NCBI GenBank assembly: GCA_963765895.1
Contig: CAVXZB010000019.1
Location: 352,001 to 416,000 of the forward strand
DNA length: 64,000 nt
Reading direction: 5' to 3'
Source: an uncultured Nitrososphaeraceae archaeon
Lineage (GTDB): Archaea > Thermoproteota > Nitrososphaeria > Nitrososphaerales > Nitrososphaeraceae
The translations under genes were made by a program, and so were the position numbers. The stretch's first letter is position 1. Each line of letters begins with the position of its first letter. Positions 1 to 10,662 of this stretch are shown in pieces. Below the pieces are notes generated by a model. It did no database searches, had not been told where the DNA came from, and was given only the letters and a program-made list of their open reading frames with translations.

Positions 1-117
1 TTTGAATGACCGTCAGCAAGTGAAGCGAGCAGCTACTGCTCTATGAGTATAACTCTTGCTTGAGGGGCACTGAACTTTGCCTGAAATTTGTGATCTTTTA
101 ACAATAATACTAGTCAA
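1..117 (-). CDS. aroA: EPSP synthase, 5' end (runs off window; apparent +1 frameshift at ~30)
   Basis: TTG start overlapping the aroK stop; translates MTSIIVKRSQISGKVQCPSSKSYTHRAVA (PxSKSxxHR motif); removing C30 continues LASLADGHS. Confidence 0.85.
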
Positions 118-949
118 TTACTTCCACACTTGCTTTCTTGTTGTTTAATTTAGAAACTAGTATTTTTCCATCATATCGCGAGAATGCAGCCATTATACTA
201 TCTTTGTTCTCTAAATAAGTAACCGCTGCTGTAGATGGTCCGTTACCAGATATTGATGCGGACAATGCACCGGCCTTGAGCGCATCCAATGCAGGCCTGG
301 AATCAAATCCAGATATACTAGACATGATCACTCCGTTTAATTTCATGGCCTTCCAGTATTTTCCAGATTTTGCTAAATTAAATGAGTCGAAAAAGAGATC
401 AGACATTATTGGTAGATGAGATATGAAATCTCCTCTTGTTTCTTGCGCTGGCAAAAATATCAAGGCGTATAAGTCTTCTGGAGCTCTATAATGCTTGAGT
501 AATTCATGTGAACGATTATCAGTAATAACTATGCCTCCATAATAACACGCAGCTGCGTCATCAAACGCTCCTGTAATGGTCACACCAGCTTTGACCGATG
601 CAGCAACTGCCGACTCTAATACACATTTATCATCTAAGTTATCGCCAGTTATCTTGAAGCATGCAAGTGATAGAGCGCTGGTGACGGCGCTAGAGCTTTT
701 CAAGCCGTAACCAGCAGGAATTTCTGATGTGATTTTAATGTTTATCTGATTTTGCGAAACGATATCTTTTGGTAAAATTATCAAAGCCAAATCTTCAAGT
801 AATTCTTTACCGATCTCTGTCTGGACTTTTATTCCTCTTCCTTTAGAAAGGCTTACTTCTGCGCTAACTTTAAGGGAAATTCCGACAGCAGAGCCATATC
901 CTGTACCGATAGCATTTAGTATAGATATTGCACCATGTACTGTAGCCAT
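110..949 (-). CDS. aroK: Archaeal shikimate kinase (GHMP family)
   Basis: GAISILNAI start, IPAGYGLKSSSA GHMP loop, ITGAFDDA, SGNGPS; in aro cluster. Confidence 0.95.
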   Translation of the reverse strand: MATVHGAISILNAIGTGYGSAVGISLKVSAEVSLSKGRGIKVQTEIGKELLEDLALIILPKDIVSQNQINIKITSEIPAGYGLKSSSAVTSALSLACFKITGDNLDDKCVLESAVAASVKAGVTITGAFDDAAACYYGGIVITDNRSHELLKHYRAPEDLYALIFLPAQETRGDFISHLPIMSDLFFDSFNLAKSGKYWKAMKLNGVIMSSISGFDSRPALDALKAGALSASISGNGPSTAAVTYLENKDSIMAAFSRYDGKILVSKLNNKKASVEVID

Positions 950-969
950 AACATGCCTCTTCAGATAAA

Positions 970-1815
970 TTATTCACCAAATGGTCCAAGCAATGCTTTT
1001 TTCATTACCTCTAATGGAGCAGGAATTCCGGTCCAGATTTGGAAGGATTCAGCACCCTGTTCTAGTAACATCTCGTACCCATAGACTACGGTAGCTCCTG
1101 CCTGTTTAGCGTTTTTAAGAAAATCAGTAAGAACTGGCTTATATACGATGTCATAAACTATACTATCAGTTGGGATATTTTGAGCACCAATGATAGATTT
1201 TTCATCGTGCATTCCCAGAGGCAGCGTGTTAACTATCATATCTGCTCGGTTCGAGAGTAATAGTACTTCGTCTAGGCTAAAAGATTCACACTTTGCTCCC
1301 AGTGTATTTCCAATCTTAGCTAGTTCCTTAGCTCTGCCTATGTTCCGATTTATAACAGAGATCTTCGGATTCTCAGCTTTACTTGATAGAGCAACAATTA
1401 CTGCGCGTGCTGCCCCGCCAGCTCCTAATAGTAAAATATTTAATCCATTCAGATTTATCCCCCTCTTCACTAATGGTCTGAGGAATCCGCCAACATCAGT
1501 ATTGTAGCCGTAGAGTTCACCGTCAACATTTTTAACTGTGTTCACAGCACCTGCTTGAGTTGCAACCCTATCCAAGACATCAATATACTTCACCATTCTT
1601 GTTTTGTGCGGTATAGTGACATTGAATCCCGCAAGCCTTACCTCCTTCAAGGAACAAATAGAGGCTGCCAATTCCGAATATGTTACCCTATACGCAATGT
1701 ATGAACTCTCAAGTTTAAGAAAATTAAAGGCAGCGTTATGCATTGCAGGGGATAAGGAGTGTTCTATAGGGTCGCCAATTATGCAATATGTCTTAATGGA
1801 TTTCTCCAATCCCAT
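970..1815 (-). CDS. aroE: Shikimate dehydrogenase
   Basis: IGDPIEHSLSP, NVTIPHK, GAVNT, NTD, GAGGAARA. Confidence 0.97.
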   Translation of the reverse strand: MGLEKSIKTYCIIGDPIEHSLSPAMHNAAFNFLKLESSYIAYRVTYSELAASICSLKEVRLAGFNVTIPHKTRMVKYIDVLDRVATQAGAVNTVKNVDGELYGYNTDVGGFLRPLVKRGINLNGLNILLLGAGGAARAVIVALSSKAENPKISVINRNIGRAKELAKIGNTLGAKCESFSLDEVLLLSNRADMIVNTLPLGMHDEKSIIGAQNIPTDSIVYDIVYKPVLTDFLKNAKQAGATVVYGYEMLLEQGAESFQIWTGIPAPLEVMKKALLGPFGE

Positions 1816-2494
1816 TCTTCATAAACATTCCATAATATAACCTTCTCATCTGATATATCGATAATTGTCCTGGCGCCAGTGCACTTCTCAGGGAGGCATA
1901 AGTAAATGGCGCAGTTTTATACAGGGCACACAGTACCCTCGACAAAATGCCCTTTTCACCCATAGCAAAAGCTATTAGATTTAAACCCTCGGCGTCTCTA
2001 TACAAATCTAATACTGAGATTGCGTCCTCAATGCTCTGAGCCATCGTAACAATCTTGATGTAATTGCTCATTAGCTTCATTTTAGACATAAGCGCTCTTA
2101 GCTCATCTGTATTCGGTGTCCGCTGGTCGTTATGCCAAGATATAAGTATTGTTGTATTATTTTTTTTGAAATAGTTCATAAGATCATCATTTATCCTTAG
2201 AATATTGAATTCTATATCTAGTAGCATCGGCCCTGAATCGGCAAGTCTGGTTAACCAGAATGTTCGTTCTTCGTTACTGCCTCTGAATTTTCCTAACTCG
2301 CTTTCGTTTCGCAAAGTGTAAACGGATTTGCTCTTAATTTTTTCGGTTATTCGAAGTGCTTCGTCAAAATCTGAACTTCTCAAAAAGTCAAATCGAATTT
2401 CTAGAAAATCTGCTCCAGAATTTTGAGCTTTTGAAAGATCGTTTTCAAGCTGCTCCAAGTTCTCAGCGGCAATTGAGACACATATCTTTGGCAA
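1793..2494 (-). CDS. aroD: Type I 3-dehydroquinate dehydratase
   Basis: EIRFDFL, TLR..E.G, ISWH, Schiff-base K in YIKIVT, AMGEKG.LSR, APGQ. Confidence 0.93.
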   Translation of the reverse strand: MPKICVSIAAENLEQLENDLSKAQNSGADFLEIRFDFLRSSDFDEALRITEKIKSKSVYTLRNESELGKFRGSNEERTFWLTRLADSGPMLLDIEFNILRINDDLMNYFKKNNTTILISWHNDQRTPNTDELRALMSKMKLMSNYIKIVTMAQSIEDAISVLDLYRDAEGLNLIAFAMGEKGILSRVLCALYKTAPFTYASLRSALAPGQLSIYQMRRLYYGMFMKNGIGEIH

Positions 2495-2859
2495 TACACC
2501 TAATACAAAAGAATTGGATTATTAACTTGTTCTAAGACATCGCAGACAACCGACCTCAATCCATCAAATCTGATCGCATAAGTTAAATTAAGTCGTATGC
2601 ATAGACATCAAGTCAATAAGCACCACCTCGCAAACAACAAAAAAATGCTGCCAATTTTTGAATTGGCATATAGAACATTAGTATTAATTGTATGATAATC
2701 ATATTAATCTTGGATTAAATATTTGCCAAAATACATTATAGTTTAAATAATACAGAATAAGAAATCAATGCAAAAGACTTTCCATATTTAGGGGGATTAA
2801 CGCTGGTTGCTGTGACCTATAAATTTGAAGAGATAAAGTACGCAACCCCGGGGAATTAG

Positions 2860-3735
2860 TCATCGATGAACGAAGTGGGAGGGAATCTTTCTCCAATTTG
2901 CTATGAGAGCATTTGGTCTTATATGCAGGCCTTCTTCTTTCAACCTATCTCTAGCTAATTTGACGTAGTCTTCGATGATATCCATTCCAACATATCGCCG
3001 TTTAAAGTGTGAGGCGACCTTGGTGGTTTGACCGCTGCCATTGAATGGATCCAGGATTGTGTCACCTTTGTAAGAATACAGCTTCATCAATCGATATGGT
3101 ATCTCCTCAGGGAACGGACACGGATGGTTTATGTAACCCGGAGGGACAGGGGCAATATGCCATACCGAATTTGCTATTTCCTTGGTCCATTCTTCGTGAG
3201 TCGCTGGCAATGCATCTCTTCTTTGGTTTCTACCTGAGTTCACGTTTCCTTTCCGGAGGACCAGAATAAATTCGTGCATTATATTGGCTCGATAATACTT
3301 TGGATAGGGATTTATTACAAATGATCCATATCTATTGGTTCCGCCTGTAACTTTATGCCAAATGATTTCCTCATGGAGATTCCACTTCCCATAAGGTTCA
3401 ACGAGTCTAGAAAGAAGCATATGAGGCAATGGTAACAAAGTCCCATTTACCAATTCGTTACCAATAACTATACAACAATATCCACCCTCTTTAGTTACGC
3501 GAAATATGCTTTCGTTAAATATCTGCACCATATCAGATAAGTAATCGGAGGTTTCCTGTCTCAGTCTACCACGAAAGTATCCTCCATTCTTCGAAACATG
3601 CATATCGTAATCAATTGCATTTCGGTATGGAGGAGACGTGATAGTCAGCTGGATAGATTCAGGAGCTATCTTTTCTAGAACTGATTTGCAATGACCTACT
3701 GTGATCGTATTGAGAAGGCTTTCTTGAAGTAACAT
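2860..3735 (-). CDS. Orphan beta-class N4-cytosine/N6-adenine DNA methyltransferase (probably m4C)
   Basis: N-terminal ITSPPY (motif IV), HPCPFPEEI, C-terminal ILDPFNGSGQT (motif I); no adjacent endonuclease. Confidence 0.92.
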   Translation of the reverse strand: MLLQESLLNTITVGHCKSVLEKIAPESIQLTITSPPYRNAIDYDMHVSKNGGYFRGRLRQETSDYLSDMVQIFNESIFRVTKEGGYCCIVIGNELVNGTLLPLPHMLLSRLVEPYGKWNLHEEIIWHKVTGGTNRYGSFVINPYPKYYRANIMHEFILVLRKGNVNSGRNQRRDALPATHEEWTKEIANSVWHIAPVPPGYINHPCPFPEEIPYRLMKLYSYKGDTILDPFNGSGQTTKVASHFKRRYVGMDIIEDYVKLARDRLKEEGLHIRPNALIANWRKIPSHFVHR

Positions 3736-3838
3736 GGATATTAAGAAGTAAGTGTATCAATATGGCGTATACTTTAAAATAATAAACATCCAGATAAATA
3801 AATATTATTTTCTCAGAACATCATATATCTCACATATC

Positions 3839-4903
3839 TCATTTCTCTATCAGATATTCATCTATTTCCATACCGAAATGTCTGCCTGAGCCTTGCTTTA
3901 CTGACCCCAGGATCCTATCGCCAATTTTCAATTCCGTGACTGACACTATTGATCCATTCGATTTCACAAGTCTTATAGTTTCTGCATTCTGCAGGATTGT
4001 AGTACCAACTATACCCTCAGTCTCACCTTTGATTAGTTTAAGGGGCCGAGTTTCAATTTTTGATCTGCCAACGATAACCCGTCGAGATGCTCCGTTGGTA
4101 TTAACGGCCAAAATTTCAGAGCCTGCTTCAAGTTCCGAGAGATACTTTGTCTTACCCTCAGGAGTAAGAGTGTAGCAATGTACTGCTCCAGCATTCACCC
4201 TGAATGGTCGCGGTGATGTAAAAGACGATCCTATAGATTCATTATGAACCAAGAATAGGAAGTTTGATTTGCTACCAATCAACATCCCTTCGCCTGTTGC
4301 GAGTATTGACGTAGTATCTACACAAACTCGTTCTCCAATGCCGACGTCGATTACATCTGTGATGTTAATTTCTTGGATAGGTAATGTTCTGTTCTCCATA
4401 TAATTTTTAGAGTCACTTACTTCTTGCTCACTGTTGGTATCAAGTATTACTCCGTCGACTCCGAGCTCTAGAACCCCAAACATTGTTCGTACTTCTTCAG
4501 AATTTTTGGCGGTTGTATAGATTTTAGTCTCTGACTTGTGTATTTTTGCTATTATATTTTCAAGGGGAATAATTTTCCAATCTACTGAATCAACAATAAC
4601 AAAATCAGCGCCCATCTGAGATGCTAGTAGTATATCTTCTATATCGCTATCGCTTTTTACCTCTTTATAAATTCCGATTGATTTTCCTGAACCTCTCGAT
4701 TTATTTAATTCTGTACTAGATTTACAAATCACCATATTAGCAGCTTCAGATTCGTACATTGTCTTGAATTTAGTTCCCTGCAATTTTCTTGGATTGATAT
4801 ATAGTACCTCGATATCAGTTAATTTAGAAAGAAAGTTTGGAAGGTCTGATTCGGAAACTCGAGGCTTGATAACTAAAGTTTTCTTATTCATGTGTCGAGT
4901 CAA
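3839..4903 (-). CDS. aroB': 3-dehydroquinate synthase II (archaeal)
   Basis: DWKIIPLEN, LELGVDGV, GERVCVDT, RPFRVNAGAVHCY, ILQNAETI, GRHFG. Confidence 0.96.
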   Translation of the reverse strand: MTRHMNKKTLVIKPRVSESDLPNFLSKLTDIEVLYINPRKLQGTKFKTMYESEAANMVICKSSTELNKSRGSGKSIGIYKEVKSDSDIEDILLASQMGADFVIVDSVDWKIIPLENIIAKIHKSETKIYTTAKNSEEVRTMFGVLELGVDGVILDTNSEQEVSDSKNYMENRTLPIQEINITDVIDVGIGERVCVDTTSILATGEGMLIGSKSNFLFLVHNESIGSSFTSPRPFRVNAGAVHCYTLTPEGKTKYLSELEAGSEILAVNTNGASRRVIVGRSKIETRPLKLIKGETEGIVGTTILQNAETIRLVKSNGSIVSVTELKIGDRILGSVKQGSGRHFGMEIDEYLIEK

Positions 4904-5678
4904 GGATTTTCATCGCCTCGTCCGATCGTTTACGCTTCATTATTATCTGATATAAAGCTCGCACCATTACTGGAGGACAAGGATGTTGAAATATATTTCT
5001 ACCAAATGTTACACCTCTAGCTCCAGCTTCCATTGCATCATAACACATATCTAAAATTTCCTTGTCGGTGTCAACTTTGGGTCCACCTGCAATAACTATT
5101 GGCACTGGACAGCCCTTGACTACCTTCCTAAATGATGACACGTCTCCTGTATATACTACTTTAATGAGATCTGCACCTGCCTCTGCTCCAATTCTCGCTG
5201 CATGGGCAACTACTTCGGGATCATTTGGATCCTTCACATTCTCTCCTCTTGCGTACATCATTGCGACTAGGGGGACGCTCCATTCATCACACTTATCAGA
5301 TATAGTTCCTAGGTTTTGCAGCATTTCCGGCTCCTCTTTTGCACCAACGTTAATATGAACAGATACAGCATCAGCGCCTAGACGTACTGCCTCTTCAACG
5401 CTCCCCAAAAGCATCTTTCTGTTGGGTGCGAGTCCCAGACTCGTACTGCCTGACAAATGGATTATTAGACCAATAGAAGTAGGTCTAGGCATTGACTTGA
5501 CTATTCCCTTGTTAACGAGAACACAGGTAAGTCCTACGTTTTCGCAGGAATAAATAAGGGTGTGTGCACTTTCCAAGCCCTGTATCGGTCCTAACGTTAG
5601 ACCATGGTCCATTGGAATGCAGAGCATCTTTCCCTCGTTTGTTATTCGGTTTAGTCTTATATCTCTGCCAAAAACCAT
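4884..5678 (-). CDS. aroA': 2-amino-3,7-dideoxy-D-threo-hept-6-ulosonate synthase (DhnA-type aldolase)
   Basis: PMDHG, GADAVSVHINVG, MMYARG, GADLIK, AGGPK, GRNIFQH; upstream of aroB'. Confidence 0.93.
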   Translation of the reverse strand: MVFGRDIRLNRITNEGKMLCIPMDHGLTLGPIQGLESAHTLIYSCENVGLTCVLVNKGIVKSMPRPTSIGLIIHLSGSTSLGLAPNRKMLLGSVEEAVRLGADAVSVHINVGAKEEPEMLQNLGTISDKCDEWSVPLVAMMYARGENVKDPNDPEVVAHAARIGAEAGADLIKVVYTGDVSSFRKVVKGCPVPIVIAGGPKVDTDKEILDMCYDAMEAGARGVTFGRNIFQHPCPPVMVRALYQIIMKRKRSDEAMKILDSTHE

Positions 5679-5806
5679 TATTGTAACAAGAATTCCTTAC
5701 CTCCTTAAAAGTCATCTGGCATCGTTATCTTTCTAAGATTTTTATACCCACTATTAACACTAGTGGCTGTCGCATCATTACTTTAATATACAAATTCACA
5801 GAAATA

Positions 5807-7024
5807 ATGATTGTAGTGATTGACGCCAGAAATATAGGCCTTAGGAACATAGAGGTCGCTGATACAAAGATAAGTTCAATCGACGGGGAAAATGGAAAGT
5901 TAATTTACCGAGGTTATGATATTCTAGATTTGGTTAATCATTCCACCTTCGAGGAAACTGCATATCTGTTGATATTCGGTGAACTGCCAAATTCGGACGA
6001 GTTGGATGACTTTACAGAACGTATGATAGAAGCAAGATCCTTACCGAGTCCAATTCTCAGAAATCTCGTTAATAGGCCAAAACGAGCCGACCCTATGGAT
6101 GTTATTCAATCTGCCATATCAGAACTGCCAGATCATGATCTCAATATGGGAGAAGACTCAAAGAGTGCAAATATCAGAAGAGCAATTACTCTAATTGGTA
6201 AAATTCCCACGATCGTAGCCGCTTGGGATAGGATTAGGCATTCGCAGGATGTGGTTGAACCCCTAGAAGAAGGTAGCCATTCAGAGAATTTCCTTCATTT
6301 ACTCCGCGGAGAACATCCTACGAAAGAAGAGGCAAAAATATTTGATATTTCGCTAATTTTGCATGCGGAGCATAGTTTTAATGCTTCAACCTTTGCAGCA
6401 AGGGAAATCGCGTCAACCAGGGCGCATATGTATGCGGCCATTGCAGGTGCTGTTGGTGCCTTGTCAGGAGAACTTCATGGCGGAGCCAATGTTCAGGTGA
6501 TGAAAATGCTTCTTGAAATAGGGGGATCTAGTAGTGCCAGAGATTGGGTTCGCAACAGATTAAAAGAGGGGGGTAGAATAATGGGAATGGGTCATGCAGT
6601 GTATAGGACCACGGACCCTAGAGCAGAGGTCCTTCGGACTTTATCACATATAATTTCTAAAGAACAAAATACAAAATGGTTTGAAATAACAGAACAAGTT
6701 GAAAAGGCAACTCAAGAATTCATGATTGCGAATAAGGGACAATCAATCTATGCGAATGTTGATCTCTATAGCGCTTCCCTTTACTACAGTCTGAACATCC
6801 CATTAGATCTCAATACTCCAATTTTTTCAATTGCTAGAGCAGCAGGATGGACCGCTCATGTTATAGAAGAAAAATTTGCGGAAGCGGCGCCAAAGCCAGC
6901 CCTATATCGACCGAAGGCATCTTATGTAGGTAAGTATTGTGGCCCAATGGGATGCGAATATATACCCATAACCAGCAGATTGAGTGAGGATCCGGATAAC
7001 AATGAAACGAGGAAGAGAACATAG
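5807..7024 (+). CDS. gltA: Citrate synthase
   Basis: LIYRGY, HAEHSFNASTF, LHGGAN, MGMGHAVY, DPR, NVDLY. Confidence 0.95.
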   Translation: MIVVIDARNIGLRNIEVADTKISSIDGENGKLIYRGYDILDLVNHSTFEETAYLLIFGELPNSDELDDFTERMIEARSLPSPILRNLVNRPKRADPMDVIQSAISELPDHDLNMGEDSKSANIRRAITLIGKIPTIVAAWDRIRHSQDVVEPLEEGSHSENFLHLLRGEHPTKEEAKIFDISLILHAEHSFNASTFAAREIASTRAHMYAAIAGAVGALSGELHGGANVQVMKMLLEIGGSSSARDWVRNRLKEGGRIMGMGHAVYRTTDPRAEVLRTLSHIISKEQNTKWFEITEQVEKATQEFMIANKGQSIYANVDLYSASLYYSLNIPLDLNTPIFSIARAAGWTAHVIEEKFAEAAPKPALYRPKASYVGKYCGPMGCEYIPITSRLSEDPDNNETRKRT

Positions 7025-7075
7025 AATGGAAAAACAAATCAATTTGGAATCCAGCATTAACGGGCTAATGCAAAT

Positions 7076-7555
7076 TTGAGGGTAAGTGTTCTATCTAAGA
7101 CAGAAACATCTAGAATAATTGATTTGCTACGTGTTAACTGGCCTTTTAATAGCATTCCAAAAATAAAGACATTAAAGGTATATGAGGCTGAAAAGAACAA
7201 GTTTTTACTAAAAGCTGAGGACTTTGTAGCAGCAAGGGTTGATGAGCATCTAGTCCCATTTGTGGGAAGTGAGGATCTTTTGCGGCATTTTCCATTCGTT
7301 ACGGTTGATATGAAGGCAGTCAAGTTCGTTTGCAACGGGGCCAATATTATGAGACCAGGTATCACTACTTTTCAATTCTTTGAAAAGGATTCTATCGTAG
7401 TGATCAAGGACGAAAGTCACTTCAAAGCACTGTCCGTGGGCATCGCGCTAGAGAGTAGCGCCGATGCAACTCCAAAAAATAGGGGCTGCATAATCTGTAA
7501 TATTCATTACGTAGGCGATAGGGTTTGGGAAATGTATAAGAAAATAGGAGACTAA
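7076..7555 (+). CDS. PUA-domain RNA-binding protein (MCT-1/Tma20-like)
   Basis: VTVDMKAVKFVCNGANIMRPGI and HYVGD..W. Confidence 0.88.
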   Translation: MRVSVLSKTETSRIIDLLRVNWPFNSIPKIKTLKVYEAEKNKFLLKAEDFVAARVDEHLVPFVGSEDLLRHFPFVTVDMKAVKFVCNGANIMRPGITTFQFFEKDSIVVIKDESHFKALSVGIALESSADATPKNRGCIICNIHYVGDRVWEMYKKIGD

Positions 7556-7630
7556 AAGAACAGGCCTTGTTCATCTTGTGTAATTACTTTCTATTTGTTC
7601 GCGATACAGGTTAATTGGTCTCTTCCGTAT

Positions 7631-10294
7631 TTATGTTATTGAATTAACTGTGGAAGACAATCTCTTTCTGATACTTGATTGTGCAGCTGACAGAATAGCA
7701 ATGGGTATACGTCTTGGTGAGGTGCTGATATAGTCTAGCCCTAATTCGCTAAAGAAATCGATTGAAGCAGGATCGCCTCCATGTTCTCCGCAAATGCCAA
7801 TCTTGACTTTCTTACCAGTCTGCCTGGTCTGCATGGTGGCTAATTTCATTAACATTCCAACTCCTTCTCCGTCAATTGTTTGGAACGGGTTAATGGAGAT
7901 AATCTTCTGATCAATGTATGCCGCAAGAAACTTGCTTTCAGCATCCTCCCTGCTAAAGCTGAAAGTAGCTTGAGTAAGATCATTGGTACCAAAACTTATA
8001 AAATCCACACATGTCGAAATTTTACCAGCAATAAGACAAGAGCGGACCACTTCAATCATACTTCCAAATTCGATGTTCAATCTAAGTTTGTACTTCAATT
8101 CTACTGCTTTCTTTACATTTTCGAAGATGCCTTTGATGGCTTTCAATTCTTGTATCATACTTACCTGAGGAACCAAGATTTGAGGATGTACTGCAACACC
8201 GTTATGCTTTAATTCTGCTGCGGCCTCACAGATAGCATTAATCTGTGATTCATATATTTCTGGATAGGAAATTCCAACTCTAACCCCGCGGTGCCCCAGC
8301 ATCGGATTGGATTCTTTCAGTTCGCGGACTCGTCGTAGCTCTAGTTCCTTTTCACGACCCAGTTGAATATCAGAACCGGGCCTTGACATTATGCCCTCGA
8401 TTTCAGATATGAGATCTTCCTCTCTAGGAAGAAACTCATGGAGTGGAGCATCGAGTAATCTAAGCGCCACCGGAAGATTTTGCATTTGTCTCAGAATATT
8501 TAGAAATACTGATTTCTGATGTATATTCAATTCCAGTAACATAAGCTTTCTTTCGTTGATATCATCTGTTAGAATCATTCTCTTAAACATATTTCCCGTA
8601 TCTTGCTCGGCAAACATCGTCTCAGTTCTACATAGTCCTATGCCTTGTGCGCCATATCTTCTAGCAAGTGCGGCATCGTCTGGGTTATCGGCATTGCCGC
8701 GGATTTCTATATTTTTTTCATTATTTGCCCATTGAAGTAATTCCGTTAGCTCTTTAGTAATTTTACTCGAGGTACTCCTGATTTCTCCTCGGTAAACTTT
8801 GCCTGTTGTACCATCTATTGTGATCTTTTGTCCTTCTTTGATGACATACTGACTTCTGAACGAATGACTCTGCCCTTCCAAGTCTCTAAATATTTGTGAA
8901 CAACCTACGACGCATGGCTTTCCCATCCCTCTTGCTACGACAATTGCGTGAGATGTTTTACCTCCCCTAAGTGTAACTACTCCGGCAGAAAAAATAAAGG
9001 CATAAGCATCTTCCGGTCGTACTTCATCTCTCACCAAAATTATTTGTTCCCCTATCCCAGCCATTTCTTTCGCTCTCATCAAATCAAATACCGCAATTCC
9101 ACAAGCAGATCCTGGTGAGGCCCCTATACCTAATGCAATTGGTTTAACGTGAACTTCCTGTTCAATACTTGGGTAGATCATCTGTTCGAGCGCGACAGGA
9201 TCAATTCTAGATATGGCAGTAGTCTTATCGATTAAGCCTTCGTGACAAAGATCGACAGAAGACTTAACAGTTGCGACTGCGCTCATCTCTGCAGGTCTAG
9301 TCTGCAATATATATAGATCATTCTCTTCCACAGTAAACTCTATTTGTTGAGGTTGCTTGAGTTGTTCTTCCAGAGTTTTGGCAATGTCTCTAAGCCTTGT
9401 TTCAACCTTTGGAAATTCCGAAGATAACTTTTCGATTGGACAGGGAATTGATCGTCCAGAAACTAGTTCTTCTCCCTGGCTATTGATGAGATACTCTCCA
9501 TACAGTTTTTTTTCACCAGATTCAGGACTTCTTGTAAACGCTATACCAGACATGCTCGTGCTTCCCAGATTTCCGAATACCATTGTCATTATAATAACTG
9601 CTGTCCCATTTGCCATCTCAGGGGGTATACCGCTAAACTTCCTATAGTCAGTTGCTTGCTTACTAGACCATGATTTTAAAACTGCATTTATAGAAAGTTC
9701 GAGTTGTCTATACGGATCTTCTGGGAAAGCTTTTCCTGTTTTTATTTTCCATACCTCCTTAAGAGATTGTACAATTTTTTGAAGGCCTTCTACATCTTGG
9801 ACTTTGGGCTCTCCGCATATTTTTAAAAGTACTGCTTCGTCAAGATCCAGTACGCTTTGGGTTAGCATATGAGCAAATCTACGATAACAATCCCAGGCAA
9901 AGGATTTCGATTTTTTCTTTGATGCTAATCCGACAACGGTTTCCTGGTTTAGGCCAACATTAAGAATTGTAGCCATCACTCCGGGCATTGATATTGACGA
10001 GCCGGATCGCACGGAAACCAATAATGGATCATTTGGATCTCCATATTTAAGGCCGACTTGTACTTCCAATTCTTTTATCGCCATCTTAACTTCATTCATA
10101 AGACCGTCAGGCAAACGTAAGCCTGCTTCGAAGAACTTTTCACATACCTCGGTTGTAATTATAAACCCCTGCGGGACGGGCAATTTCATTGCAGACATTT
10201 GAACAAGACCTTTTCCCTTTAGTCCCAATAGTCTTGAGCTCTCATTAACGCCTCGCTCAAAGGAGTATATTGGCATAAGTAAACTCTTGTGCAT
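7631..10294 (-). CDS. ppdK: Pyruvate phosphate dikinase (divergent ATP-grasp domain)
   Basis: LLVSVRSG, LQTR, GGKTSHAIVVAR phospho-His, GIGLCRTE, FGTNDLTQ, GICGEHGGDP. Confidence 0.93.
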   Translation of the reverse strand: MHKSLLMPIYSFERGVNESSRLLGLKGKGLVQMSAMKLPVPQGFIITTEVCEKFFEAGLRLPDGLMNEVKMAIKELEVQVGLKYGDPNDPLLVSVRSGSSISMPGVMATILNVGLNQETVVGLASKKKSKSFAWDCYRRFAHMLTQSVLDLDEAVLLKICGEPKVQDVEGLQKIVQSLKEVWKIKTGKAFPEDPYRQLELSINAVLKSWSSKQATDYRKFSGIPPEMANGTAVIIMTMVFGNLGSTSMSGIAFTRSPESGEKKLYGEYLINSQGEELVSGRSIPCPIEKLSSEFPKVETRLRDIAKTLEEQLKQPQQIEFTVEENDLYILQTRPAEMSAVATVKSSVDLCHEGLIDKTTAISRIDPVALEQMIYPSIEQEVHVKPIALGIGASPGSACGIAVFDLMRAKEMAGIGEQIILVRDEVRPEDAYAFIFSAGVVTLRGGKTSHAIVVARGMGKPCVVGCSQIFRDLEGQSHSFRSQYVIKEGQKITIDGTTGKVYRGEIRSTSSKITKELTELLQWANNEKNIEIRGNADNPDDAALARRYGAQGIGLCRTETMFAEQDTGNMFKRMILTDDINERKLMLLELNIHQKSVFLNILRQMQNLPVALRLLDAPLHEFLPREEDLISEIEGIMSRPGSDIQLGREKELELRRVRELKESNPMLGHRGVRVGISYPEIYESQINAICEAAAELKHNGVAVHPQILVPQVSMIQELKAIKGIFENVKKAVELKYKLRLNIEFGSMIEVVRSCLIAGKISTCVDFISFGTNDLTQATFSFSREDAESKFLAAYIDQKIISINPFQTIDGEGVGMLMKLATMQTRQTGKKVKIGICGEHGGDPASIDFFSELGLDYISTSPRRIPIAILSAAQSSIRKRLSSTVNSIT

Positions 10295-10662
10295 ATTTTA
10301 GGGATAGATATGCTCCAACTTAAGTACTCCCAACGTTGTTGATGTTTCGTCCTAGGAGTAAAACCAAAGATACACTCCTAGTTTATACGAAATTGGCTAT
10401 GTTAATCTTCAGTTCCGAGTGGCTAAAACAAAGGGTCTGATACAATAACAGCGGCCGATTTGTCATATGACTAAAAACCATGATCAAATTAAAGATAATT
10501 TTTAACCTACTTGATGCCCATGGATTAGTAGTAAATCTGTTTGAAGGATCAATATTTGTATGTATAAATAGGACTTTGATAGCCAACAGGTTAGGTGAAG
10601 CTACCGAGATCCTGTTGTCGCTTGCTTTACGTAATTTAAAGCGAGCACTCGTGTTGGACTCG

